Below, piece by piece: positions 47,089-55,782 of a stretch of 64,000 nucleotides of DNA. Source of the stretch: an uncultured Clostridium sp. GTDB lineage: Bacteria; Bacillota; Clostridia; Clostridiales; Clostridiaceae. The stretch spans positions 9,771-73,770 of the forward strand of contig NZ_CAMQZG010000012.1 of the NCBI RefSeq assembly GCF_947039605.1, read 5' to 3'. The notes under the pieces were generated by a model, which saw only the letters and a program-made list of their open reading frames with translations, did no database searches and was not told the DNA's origin. Position numbers and translations under genes: made by a program. Every line of letters starts with the position of its first letter. Position 1 is the first letter of the stretch.

Positions 47089-47523
47089 TTATCCAAGGTA
47101 TGCATTAAGCATCCAAATATCTTTTTCAAATCCAGCAACATAGCCACTCATTAAGTCTACAATAGCTTGTTTTTTATCTTTATCAGCAAGAGTAGCTATT
47201 TTTTTAGCATCATCTTTCATTAGTGTAAAATCTGCTAAAACAGTTTCCATTGCTTTTCTTGCACTAACTTTTGTATCTGCAAGTTCTTTGATAGTAGTTA
47301 TAGCAAGCTGAGCTTTTAATGAAGCTACTGGCTTAAAACCTGATGATAGAAGAAGTTCTGCAACAGCATCCATTTCTGTAGCCATAGCTGTATAGAGTTC
47401 TTCTAATTTTAGGTGGATTGTAAAAAATCCTTCCCCTGATACATACCAATGTAAATTATGTAGTTTTGTATGAAGTACACTTTGGTTTGCAAGGTATACG
47501 TTCAATTCTTTTTCTAAATGCAA
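47089..47523 (-). CDS. dps: Dps family DNA-protection/ferroxidase protein
   Basis: KLHNLHWYVSGEGFFTIHLKLEELY ferroxidase signature. The start is reassigned to the TTG at 47523, preceded by GGGAGG 8 nt upstream, because the 47580 start has no RBS. Confidence 0.85.
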   Translation of the reverse strand: MHLEKELNVYLANQSVLHTKLHNLHWYVSGEGFFTIHLKLEELYTAMATEMDAVAELLLSSGFKPVASLKAQLAITTIKELADTKVSARKAMETVLADFTLMKDDAKKIATLADKDKKQAIVDLMSGYVAGFEKDIWMLNAYLG

Positions 47524-47601
47524 TGTTAATTCCTCCCTAGATATATTATTTGAAGAACCAATATACTTAGCAAAAGTCAAAACTATATAAGATGTGCTAT
47601 A

Positions 47602-48762
47602 TTAGAAAGCGTTTTTAAGAATTTCTCTACTTACTTCAAGTGTTAAGTCACCTGTTTCTGATAAAGCTACCATTCCATGAGTTTCTAAAGCTTTTACTAT
47701 ATCTTCGATTTGTTCTTCTTTAATATTATAATCAGAAAGGTGTGTTTTTACTCCAAGACTTTCAAAGAAAGCTCTTGTTTTAGCAATTGCCATGTCAGCT
47801 TTTTCTGAATCTGTTCCTTCTGTGATATTCCAAACTCTCTCTGCGAATTGAACAAGTTTAGGTTGTTTTTTATCTTTTCTTATTGTCCAAATTGCTGGTT
47901 GAAGTATTGCAAGAGTTACAGCGTGGTCAAGTCCAAACATAGCTGTAAGTTCATGTCCTATCATATGACATGACCAATCTTGAGGTACTCCTGAACCTAT
48001 AAGACCATTAAGTCCCATAGTTGCACACCAAACAAGGTTTGCTCTCATATCATAATTTTCTTTGTCAGCAAGAGTTTTTGGTCCAACTTCTATAAGAGTT
48101 TGAAGGATTCCCTCTGATGTTCTATCTTGGAATCTTCCCTCAGCTGGGTAAGTTACATACTGCTCACATACATGTATAAATGTATCTATGATTCCATTAG
48201 CAACTTGCTTATCTGGAAGTGTCATTGTAAGAGTTGGATCTACAAATGAGAATTTAGGGAATACTAAATGATTTCCAAATGAAAGTTTAGCATCTCCTAT
48301 ACAAACAACTCCACCGGCATTCATTTCTGAACCAGTTGCAGGAAGTGTACAAACAGTTCCAAGTGCTATTGCATTTGTGAATGGTAATTGTCTTTTATTT
48401 GGGCTTGTTAATATATCTTCAGAATTTCCATCGTAGCAAGTAGCAAGTGATATAAACTTAGTTCCGTCCATAACAGAACCACCACCAACTGCAAGTAAGA
48501 AATCTATTTTTTCATTTTTAACTATTTCTATAGCTTTCATTAATGTAGTAAATTGTGGATTTGGCTCAATTCCACCAAATTCAAAAACTTTTCTACCTTT
48601 AAGTGAAGCTATAACTTTATCTAAAGTACCGAATCTTTTAACAGAACCACCACCGTAAGTTATAAGAACTCTGGCATTCTTTGGAACTACGTTATCAAGC
48701 TCTGCTAATCTATCCTTACCAAATATTATCTTTGTTGGGTTATAAAAATCAAAATTATTCAT
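47602..48762 (-). CDS. Iron-containing alcohol dehydrogenase (YqhD/BdhA-like)
   Basis: 386 aa with FYNPTKIIFG, GGGSVMDGTK and a His-rich metal site (HMIGHELT). Confidence 0.88.
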   Translation of the reverse strand: MNNFDFYNPTKIIFGKDRLAELDNVVPKNARVLITYGGGSVKRFGTLDKVIASLKGRKVFEFGGIEPNPQFTTLMKAIEIVKNEKIDFLLAVGGGSVMDGTKFISLATCYDGNSEDILTSPNKRQLPFTNAIALGTVCTLPATGSEMNAGGVVCIGDAKLSFGNHLVFPKFSFVDPTLTMTLPDKQVANGIIDTFIHVCEQYVTYPAEGRFQDRTSEGILQTLIEVGPKTLADKENYDMRANLVWCATMGLNGLIGSGVPQDWSCHMIGHELTAMFGLDHAVTLAILQPAIWTIRKDKKQPKLVQFAERVWNITEGTDSEKADMAIAKTRAFFESLGVKTHLSDYNIKEEQIEDIVKALETHGMVALSETGDLTLEVSREILKNAF

Positions 48763-49154
48763 ATGAATAATCCTCCTTTGTTTTTAAATAGTTTTGTTAA
48801 ATTTAATTTCATAAAATTATAAATTAATTCTATACTTTATTAATGTGAATTTTATGGAGAATTATTCATTTTTCTAAAGATAATAGTATATTTAGAAGTA
48901 AATAAGATTTTAACTTAATTTGAGAGAATTCTCCCACTTCAAGCTTTAGCTAAGTGGTGAGTAGTTCACACTAAACTAAATTATAAAAATAAATATTATG
49001 AAAAATCAAGAATTTTACAAGATAGCTTAGGTTAACTGAGATAAAATAATCTCTAATGTATAACACTGTTAATAGAAGTTTATATTTATAATAAAAGGAA
49101 ATATATATGAACAAAGAATTTTACATCTAATTGAAAGATATTTTCAATTAAGTA

Positions 49155-49183
49155 TTGACATCAAACTAAATAAGAACTATTAT
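49155..49183 (+). promoter_or_regulatory. Sigma-A promoter of ahpC (TTGACA, 17 nt spacer, TATTAT)
   Basis: Consensus -35 at 49155-49160, a 17-nt spacer, and -10 at 49178-49183. Confidence 0.6.
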
Positions 49184-49200
49184 TAGTACATAAAGATTAT

Positions 49201-49216
49201 TTGATTAATTAATCAA
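49201..49216. promoter_or_regulatory. Perfect 16-bp palindrome TTGATTAATTAATCAA (candidate PerR/Fur-family operator)
   Basis: It lies just downstream of the -10 element. TGATTAA/TTAATCA resembles 7-1-7 Fur-family half-sites. The ahpC context is a typical PerR regulon member. Confidence 0.45.
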
Positions 49217-49311
49217 CGGAATTTAAAACTAAAAATAAATAAGAATAAATATAAAAATTAGATATAAAATAGATATAAAAAAATAGAGAGAAAAATTAGG
49301 AGGAATTAATT

Positions 49312-49875
49312 ATGTCATTAATAAATAAAAAAGTTTCAGATTTTAAAGTACAAGCTTACCAAACAGGTGAATTCAAAGAAGTTTCATTAGAAAATTTAAA
49401 AGGACACTGGTCAGCAGTAGTATTCTACCCAGCAGATTTCTCATTTGTATGTCCAACTGAGTTAGAAGACTTAGAAGACCACTATGCAGAGTTTAAAAAA
49501 GTAGGATGTGAAATATATTCAGTATCATGTGATACACATTTCGTACACAAAGCATGGGCTGATACATCAGAAAAAATTGCTAAAGTAACATACCCAATGT
49601 TAGCTGACCCAAGAGGAGTTCTTGCTAGAGATTTTGAGGTTATGATAGAAGAAGAAGGTCTTGCTTTAAGAGGAACATTCATAATTAATCCAGATGGAGA
49701 AATTAAAGCTTACGAAGTTAACGATTTAGGAATAGGAAGAGATGCTAAGGACTTATTAAGAAAAGTTCAATCAGCTCAATTCGTTGCAGAACATGGAGAT
49801 CAAGTATGTCCAGCTAAATGGCAACCAGGTGAAGATACATTAATTCCAAGTCTTGATTTAGTAGGAAAACTTTAA
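49312..49875 (+). CDS. ahpC: Alkyl hydroperoxide reductase subunit C (typical 2-Cys peroxiredoxin)
   Basis: FYPADFSFVCPTEL (peroxidatic Cys) and VCPAKW (resolving Cys). Confidence 0.93.
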   Translation: MSLINKKVSDFKVQAYQTGEFKEVSLENLKGHWSAVVFYPADFSFVCPTELEDLEDHYAEFKKVGCEIYSVSCDTHFVHKAWADTSEKIAKVTYPMLADPRGVLARDFEVMIEEEGLALRGTFIINPDGEIKAYEVNDLGIGRDAKDLLRKVQSAQFVAEHGDQVCPAKWQPGEDTLIPSLDLVGKL

Positions 49876-50024
49876 GAAATATAAAATTAATAAGGGGGCT
49901 GTCAATGGCAGCTCCCTTTTAATTAAAATGTTATTGAGAAATATTATCAAACCTTTCAAGTAAAGAGCTTGAAATGCTTGATAATATTTTGAATTAAATA
50001 GTAAATTAGTAGGAGGTAAGAATT

Positions 50025-51686
50025 ATGGAAAAGATATATGATTTAGTAATTATAGGTGGTGGCCCAGCAGCATTATCAGCAGGAGTTTATGCTGGTAGAG
50101 CAAAAATGAGTACCCTTATTATAGAGAAAGAAAGATTTGGTGGACAGGTTACTACAACAGCTGAAATAGTTAACTATCCAGGAATTAGAGAAACTACAGG
50201 ACCAGTTCTAATGGAAGATATGAGACTTCATGCAGAAGATTTTGGTACAGAGTTTAAAATTGCAGAGGTTCTTGAGGTTGAACTTGAGGGTGATGTAAAA
50301 ACTTTAAAAACTTCATTAGGTGATATAAAAGCTAGAGCGATTTTAATTGCTACAGGAGCATCACCAAGAAAACTTGGTTTTAAAGGTGAGAAAGAATTTA
50401 CTGGTAGAGGTGTAGCATATTGTGCAACTTGTGATGGTCAATTCTTTGAAGGACTTGAAGTATTTGTTGTAGGAGCTGGTTTTGCAGCAGCAGAGGAAGC
50501 AATGTTCTTAACTAAGTATGCAAGAAAAGTTACTATAATAGCTAGAGAACCTGAATTTACTTGTGCTAAATCAATAGCTGATAAAGTTCTTAGTCATCCA
50601 AAAGTTGAAGTTAGATTCAATATGGAAGTTCTTGAAATTAATGGAGCTCAAATGCTTAACTATGCTAAGTTTAAAAATAATGTTACAGGTGAAATTTCTG
50701 AACATTTTGCAGATGAGAAAGACGGAAGTTTTGGAATGTTTATATTTGTAGGATATGCACCTGCGACTGAATTATTTAAAGGTAAAATAGAGCTTGATAG
50801 AGGCTATGTTGTTACAGATAATGATATGAAAACTAATGTTGCGGGAGTTTATGCAGCTGGAGATTTAAGAATCAAAAATCTAAGACAAATAATAACAGCA
50901 GTAGCTGATGGTGCTATTGCAGCAACAGATGCAGAAAAATATATTATGGATTTAAAACATAGACTTGGAATCAAAGAAGAAGAGAAAGAGTTTGTGAAAA
51001 GAGAAGTTAAAAAAGAAGAATCTAAAGCATCAGTAGATTCAGGTAATGGAAGAAGTGCTCTTTTAAATGATGCTCTAAGAGGTCAAATAAAAGGTGTTCT
51101 TGATAGAATGGAAAGTAGCGTTACTCTTGTTTCAATAGTTGATGAGAGTGATGCAAAATCAGTAGAGCTTAGGGATTTAGTCCTTGATATAGCAGGTCTT
51201 GGAGATAAACTTAATGCACAGATTTATAAAAAAGGTGAGAATAAAGAAGTAGAAGAAAAAGTACATGCTAATAAGTTCCCTATAGTGGCACTTTTAAATT
51301 CAGAGGGGAATTATAGTGGGGTTAAATTCCATGGAGTTCCTGGTGGACATGAGCTTAATTCATTCCTTCTTGCTATATATAATCTAGCAGGTCCTGGTCA
51401 AGCAATTGATGCAGGGGTTCTTAGTGAAATTAAAGCACTTGATAAAAAGATTAATGTTAAAGTAGCAGTTTCACTAGCTTGTCATATATGTCCAGAGGTT
51501 GTTGTTGGAGCTCAAAGAATAGCTGTAGAAAATAAAAATATTGAAGTAGAGATGATTGATATTTCTTTATTTAAAGATATTAAAGATGAATTTAATATTA
51601 TGAGTGTACCAGCTATTATAGTTGATAATGATAAAATTTACTTTGGAGCTAAAAAGATAGAAGAAATAGTTTCAATGCTTAAATAA
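50025..51686 (+). CDS. AhpF-like NAD(P)H peroxiredoxin reductase with permuted domain order (TrxR-like FAD module N-terminal, AhpF-NTD-like double thioredoxin fold C-terminal)
   Basis: GGGPAALSAG, CATCDG and GAGFAAAEEA lie in residues 1-310. The C-terminal about 220 aa carry VKFHGVPGGHELNSFLLAI and the CHICPEV CxxC, which is typical of the AhpF N-terminal domain. Confidence 0.75.
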   Translation: MEKIYDLVIIGGGPAALSAGVYAGRAKMSTLIIEKERFGGQVTTTAEIVNYPGIRETTGPVLMEDMRLHAEDFGTEFKIAEVLEVELEGDVKTLKTSLGDIKARAILIATGASPRKLGFKGEKEFTGRGVAYCATCDGQFFEGLEVFVVGAGFAAAEEAMFLTKYARKVTIIAREPEFTCAKSIADKVLSHPKVEVRFNMEVLEINGAQMLNYAKFKNNVTGEISEHFADEKDGSFGMFIFVGYAPATELFKGKIELDRGYVVTDNDMKTNVAGVYAAGDLRIKNLRQIITAVADGAIAATDAEKYIMDLKHRLGIKEEEKEFVKREVKKEESKASVDSGNGRSALLNDALRGQIKGVLDRMESSVTLVSIVDESDAKSVELRDLVLDIAGLGDKLNAQIYKKGENKEVEEKVHANKFPIVALLNSEGNYSGVKFHGVPGGHELNSFLLAIYNLAGPGQAIDAGVLSEIKALDKKINVKVAVSLACHICPEVVVGAQRIAVENKNIEVEMIDISLFKDIKDEFNIMSVPAIIVDNDKIYFGAKKIEEIVSMLK

Positions 51687-51892
51687 AATAGAATATAGAT
51701 TAATTTAAAGGGAGCTATCATTAATTTGATGGCCCTTTTTTGTATAGAAAAGTATATTTAACTTTTTTCATGGTATATGTGGAAAAGTATAGCTTTTTTA
51801 TTGTGAGAAAATCTGATATTATTTAGACATATTTTCCAATTATAATGATGGGGGTTAGAGAGTTATATAATATTACTTTAGGAGGTTTATTT

Positions 51893-52702
51893 ATGTATAA
51901 ATTAGTTGCAATAGATATGGATGGAACACTTTTAAATAGTGAGAAACAATTATCTGAGAGAAATGGACAAGCTATTAAAGAAGCAGTTGAAAAGGGTGCA
52001 ATGGTAGTTATTTCAACTGGTAGAGGGTTTTCAGGTATAGAAAAATATTTGAAAGAGTTAGGTTTAGAGAGAGAAGGACAGTATGCACTAACAATGAATG
52101 GTGGTGCAGCTTATGATTGTTATACAAAAAAAGCAATAACTAATATAGGGATAAAAGGTTCTGATCTTCATAAAATATTTAAGGTAAATGAAGAATTAGG
52201 TTTAAAGATACAAGCATATACTTTAGATAAATGTGTTGCGTTAGAGGAGAATGAATACACAGAGTTTGAAAGAGTTCATGTTGGAACAAAAATAGAGATT
52301 GTAGATTTTTGTAAAGACATAAAATCAGATGATGATATAATGAAAGTATTACTTATGGAAGAACCAGAGATTTTAGATGAGAAAATAAAACTTATACCTA
52401 AGGAAATTATAGAAGAATATAATTGTGTTAAAAGTCTGCCTATGTGCTTTGAAATACTGAATAAAAGCTGTAACAAAGGGATAGGATTAAAAGAGTTAAT
52501 AGAAAAATTAGGTATTACACCAGATGAAGTCATAGCAATTGGTGATGAGTGTAATGATTATGAGATGATAGAGTTTGCAGGTCTTGGGGTTGCTATGGGA
52601 AATGCCAATCTAAAGATAAAAGAGATTGCAAACTATATTACTGATACTAATGATAATGATGGTGTTGCAAAAGTAATAGAAAAGTTTATTTTAAATAATT
52701 AA
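51893..52702 (+). CDS. Cof-type HAD-IIB family hydrolase (paralogue of 43301..44110)
   Basis: MYKLVAIDMDGTLL and GDECNDYEM. The start is taken at ATG 51893 (RBS GGAGG). Confidence 0.88.
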   Translation: MYKLVAIDMDGTLLNSEKQLSERNGQAIKEAVEKGAMVVISTGRGFSGIEKYLKELGLEREGQYALTMNGGAAYDCYTKKAITNIGIKGSDLHKIFKVNEELGLKIQAYTLDKCVALEENEYTEFERVHVGTKIEIVDFCKDIKSDDDIMKVLLMEEPEILDEKIKLIPKEIIEEYNCVKSLPMCFEILNKSCNKGIGLKELIEKLGITPDEVIAIGDECNDYEMIEFAGLGVAMGNANLKIKEIANYITDTNDNDGVAKVIEKFILNN

Positions 52703-52716
52703 AAAGGAGAAAGTTA

Positions 52717-53451
52717 ATGGGGTTGGAAGTTAAAGGACTTACTAAAAAGTTCAAAGATTTTATAGCTGTAGATGATGTTAGTTTTAATGTGGATGAGGGT
52801 GAAGTTCTTGGGCTTTTAGGTGAGAATGGAGCTGGTAAAACAACTACACTTAGGATGATAGCAACTATGCTAAAGACATCAGCAGGTACAGCAATTATTG
52901 ATGGAAATGATGTAAATAAAGACCCAGTTGCGGTTAGAAAAAGTATTGGGATTCTTTTTGGTGGAGAAGTTGGAATATATGATAGACTTACAGCGCGAGA
53001 AAATATTACGTATTTTGGACAGCTTAGTGGTCTTACAAAAGAAGAAATTAATAAAAATATAGATAAGCTTATAAAAGATTTTAAGATGGAAGAGTATATT
53101 GATAAAAGGGCTGGAAAGTTTTCTAGGGGTATGAAGCAAAAAGTTTCTATTGCTAGAAGTATAATTCACAATCCTAAAGTTATGCTTTTTGATGAGCCAA
53201 GTACAGGTCTTGATGTATCAGCAACAAGGTCAGTTCATAAGTTTATTTTAAATTGTAAAAAAGATAATAAGGCTGTTATACTTTCAAGTCATAGTATGTA
53301 TGAGGTAGAAAAACTTTGTGATAGAGTAGCTATTATAAGCAAGGGTAAAATTGTTGCAATAGGTACTATTCAGGAGTTAAAAGATAAATACAATGAGCAA
53401 AACTTAGAAGAATTATTTATTATGTTAATAGGGGGTGATTCTGATGAGTAA
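52717..53451 (+). CDS. ABC transporter ATP-binding protein (NatA/ABC-2 type)
   Basis: GENGAGKTT, a signature-like FSRGMKQK, and LFDEPSTGLD. Confidence 0.88.
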   Translation: MGLEVKGLTKKFKDFIAVDDVSFNVDEGEVLGLLGENGAGKTTTLRMIATMLKTSAGTAIIDGNDVNKDPVAVRKSIGILFGGEVGIYDRLTARENITYFGQLSGLTKEEINKNIDKLIKDFKMEEYIDKRAGKFSRGMKQKVSIARSIIHNPKVMLFDEPSTGLDVSATRSVHKFILNCKKDNKAVILSSHSMYEVEKLCDRVAIISKGKIVAIGTIQELKDKYNEQNLEELFIMLIGGDSDE

Positions 53452-54634
53452 TATGACATGGATTGTTTTTAAAAAGGAAATAACAGATCTTTTTAGAGAT
53501 AGAAAAGCATTTTTAAGTGCTGTAATATTACCAATATTTTTACTTCCTGTAATGATGCTTATATTAGGTAGTTCTGCTGCTAGTAATACTAATGTTGTTA
53601 AGCAAGGTATTAGAATAGCAATTGTTGGAGAACAAAATTCATCACTTGAAAATGTTTTAAAACAAGATTCTAATATTCAAATTATAAAGACTGATAACCC
53701 AGAACAGTCTCTACAGAATGAACAAATTTACTTATATCTAAATGTTCCACAAAATTTTGATGCTAACATCAAAAATAAAGATGGAAGTGCTAAGGTAAAT
53801 ATTTATTTTGATAATACAAGTCAGAAATCACAGATTGCTCTTGCTCAAATCGAAGGTATCATTAATGAGTATAATGAGGCTGAGGTTGGTGGAAGATTAA
53901 AATCTTTAGGTGTTAGTGAGAGTTTACTAACTCCTGTTAGTGTTAATGCTATTGGTGTTGGAATTAAGAGTGAAAAAGAAGCTCATGCACTTCAACTTGT
54001 AGCAATGCTGCTTCCTATGTTTGTTCTTGTTTATGCAGCTCAAGGTGGAGCAGCAGCAGCTACAGACCTTGCAGCTGGAGAAAAAGAAAGAGGTTCTCTT
54101 GAGCCACTTTTAAGTACAAGTGCAAGTAGGGCATCTATTCTTATGGGAAAACTTATGGCGATTACAGTTATGGGAATACTTTCAACCTTGTCCGGATTTA
54201 TAGGACTTATAGTGTCGATGATTGTTCCAAATAGTTTGCTTATGACTGAGGGAGGAATAGTATTACAACCAGAGGCAATTGTTATAATTGCAATTCTTGC
54301 GATACTTATAACACTTAGTTTTAGTGCACTGCAACTTGCAATAAGTGTTTATGCAAAATCATTTAAGGAAGCTCAAACTTATCTTGGATTCTTAACATTT
54401 GCACCTATGATAATTTCATATGGAACAATGTATATGGATGCTAGTGGTATGGGAGCATTTCTTTATAATATTCCAATTTTAAATGCTGTTCTTGTTATGA
54501 AGGAAGCTATATTTGGAATTTATGACCCTATGCATTTGATACTTACATTTGTTTGGTCAGTAATTTATATAATTTTAGCATTAGTACTTGCGAGGTATAT
54601 GTTTAACAGAGAAGAAGCTTTATTTAGAAGTTAA
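53444..54634 (+). CDS. ABC-2 type transporter permease (NatB-like)
   Basis: An N-terminal TM helix, an extracytoplasmic domain, and 5 C-terminal TM helices. The gene overlaps the ATPase stop. Confidence 0.65.
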   Translation: MSNMTWIVFKKEITDLFRDRKAFLSAVILPIFLLPVMMLILGSSAASNTNVVKQGIRIAIVGEQNSSLENVLKQDSNIQIIKTDNPEQSLQNEQIYLYLNVPQNFDANIKNKDGSAKVNIYFDNTSQKSQIALAQIEGIINEYNEAEVGGRLKSLGVSESLLTPVSVNAIGVGIKSEKEAHALQLVAMLLPMFVLVYAAQGGAAAATDLAAGEKERGSLEPLLSTSASRASILMGKLMAITVMGILSTLSGFIGLIVSMIVPNSLLMTEGGIVLQPEAIVIIAILAILITLSFSALQLAISVYAKSFKEAQTYLGFLTFAPMIISYGTMYMDASGMGAFLYNIPILNAVLVMKEAIFGIYDPMHLILTFVWSVIYIILALVLARYMFNREEALFRS

Positions 54635-54657
54635 AATTATAGAGAAAGATATTATAA

Positions 54658-54698
54658 AACCTGTGGAAAACTTTTTGAAAAGTTATCCACAGGTTTTA
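54658..54698 (+). terminator. Terminator; copy 3 of the DnaA-box palindrome
   Basis: AACCTGTGGAAAACTTTT-TG-AAAAGTTATCCACAGGTT followed by TTTT. Confidence 0.8.
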
Positions 54699-54840
54699 TT
54701 TTTGAAAAATTATATAATATTAGGATGAAAAAGAGTGGAAATTTAGAATTAAGAAAAATTTAAGAAATAAATAATACTATATTAAGAGAGTTATAATACA
54801 ATATTACTAACTTAATTTTTAAAGTGGGGTAAAGATAAAT

Positions 54841-55530
54841 ATGATTTTAATTTCAATTATATTTTTAGTTATAGGTTTAATGATACATGTATTTAAAATG
54901 TATTTTTTAATTTCGGGGTATAGTATGATGACAGATTCTCAAAGGGATAATGAGAATGTAAAACGATTAGGCAAGCATATGGGAATATGCTGTTATGCAA
55001 TTTCAGGGATATTTGCGATTACTTTAATTTTAAGAGAAATACATCCTAATATTGAGATTATAGCATTTGCACTTATGTTTATAATAATAGCTTATATGCT
55101 TATGGTTGGACATAGATTTGATATAAGTGGAGATTCATATCAAAGTGAGAGTAAAGCGGCTATTTTAACAATGCTTCTACCAATATCACTTATAATGTTT
55201 GTATGCTTTTATTCATTTGGAAGTGTTGAAATTGAGGTAGATAGTGATGGAATAGAAGTTGAGAATATAAAGATAGCATTTGATGAGATAGAAGAGTATA
55301 AAATGTTATATGAATTACCAGATAATAAAAAAATATTTGGTGCTAGAATAGGATATTTTAATAGAGGTGATTTTGAGGTTGAGGGCTATGGTGAGTGTAA
55401 GTTATATACAAGTGATAGTGACCATAGTATAGTCATTAAAACTGATGAGGAAACCTATATAGTTAATGATAGTGGAAATACAAAAGTTATTTATCAGCAG
55501 ATTGTTTATGAAATGAATAAATTAGAATAA
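54841..55530 (+). CDS. Membrane protein with an N-terminal DUF3784-like region and a C-terminal bacterial PH-like domain
   Basis: LISGYSMMTDSQRDNENVKRLGKHMG (DUF3784 pattern), 4 TM helices, and C-terminal FGARIGYFNRGDFEVEGYGECKLY...IVIKT. Confidence 0.45.
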   Translation: MILISIIFLVIGLMIHVFKMYFLISGYSMMTDSQRDNENVKRLGKHMGICCYAISGIFAITLILREIHPNIEIIAFALMFIIIAYMLMVGHRFDISGDSYQSESKAAILTMLLPISLIMFVCFYSFGSVEIEVDSDGIEVENIKIAFDEIEEYKMLYELPDNKKIFGARIGYFNRGDFEVEGYGECKLYTSDSDHSIVIKTDEETYIVNDSGNTKVIYQQIVYEMNKLE

Positions 55531-55536
55531 ATTTGG

Positions 55537-55566
55537 GAGTTTGTTGTGAAACAAACTCTTTTTTTA
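55537..55566 (+). terminator. Rho-independent terminator
   Basis: GAGTTTGTT-GTGA-AACAAACTC followed by T8. Confidence 0.8.
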
Positions 55567-55782
55567 TGATAATTATTTAAGAGTATGAAAAAAATATATA
55601 TTAATGTAGAAAAAAGAAAAATATATTGTGAAAAAAGAAATAATATACAATATTTTGTTATCTAGCTAGTATGTAAGTATTGTATAATAGAGTAAATAGG
55701 TAAGATATTTGCTATTTAATTAAAGAAATAGTTTTTAGATAATATGGTGAAAAAAATTAAGGTTTAAAATGGAGGCTTTACT

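Noticed and set aside
43301-52702. Inverted Cof-type HAD paralogues (43301..44110 minus strand, 51893..52702 plus strand) could be the boundaries of an invertible or mobile 8-kb segment.
   Set aside because: The similarity is at the protein level only; I saw no long nucleotide-identical inverted repeats. The genes between them are ordinary housekeeping and stress genes.
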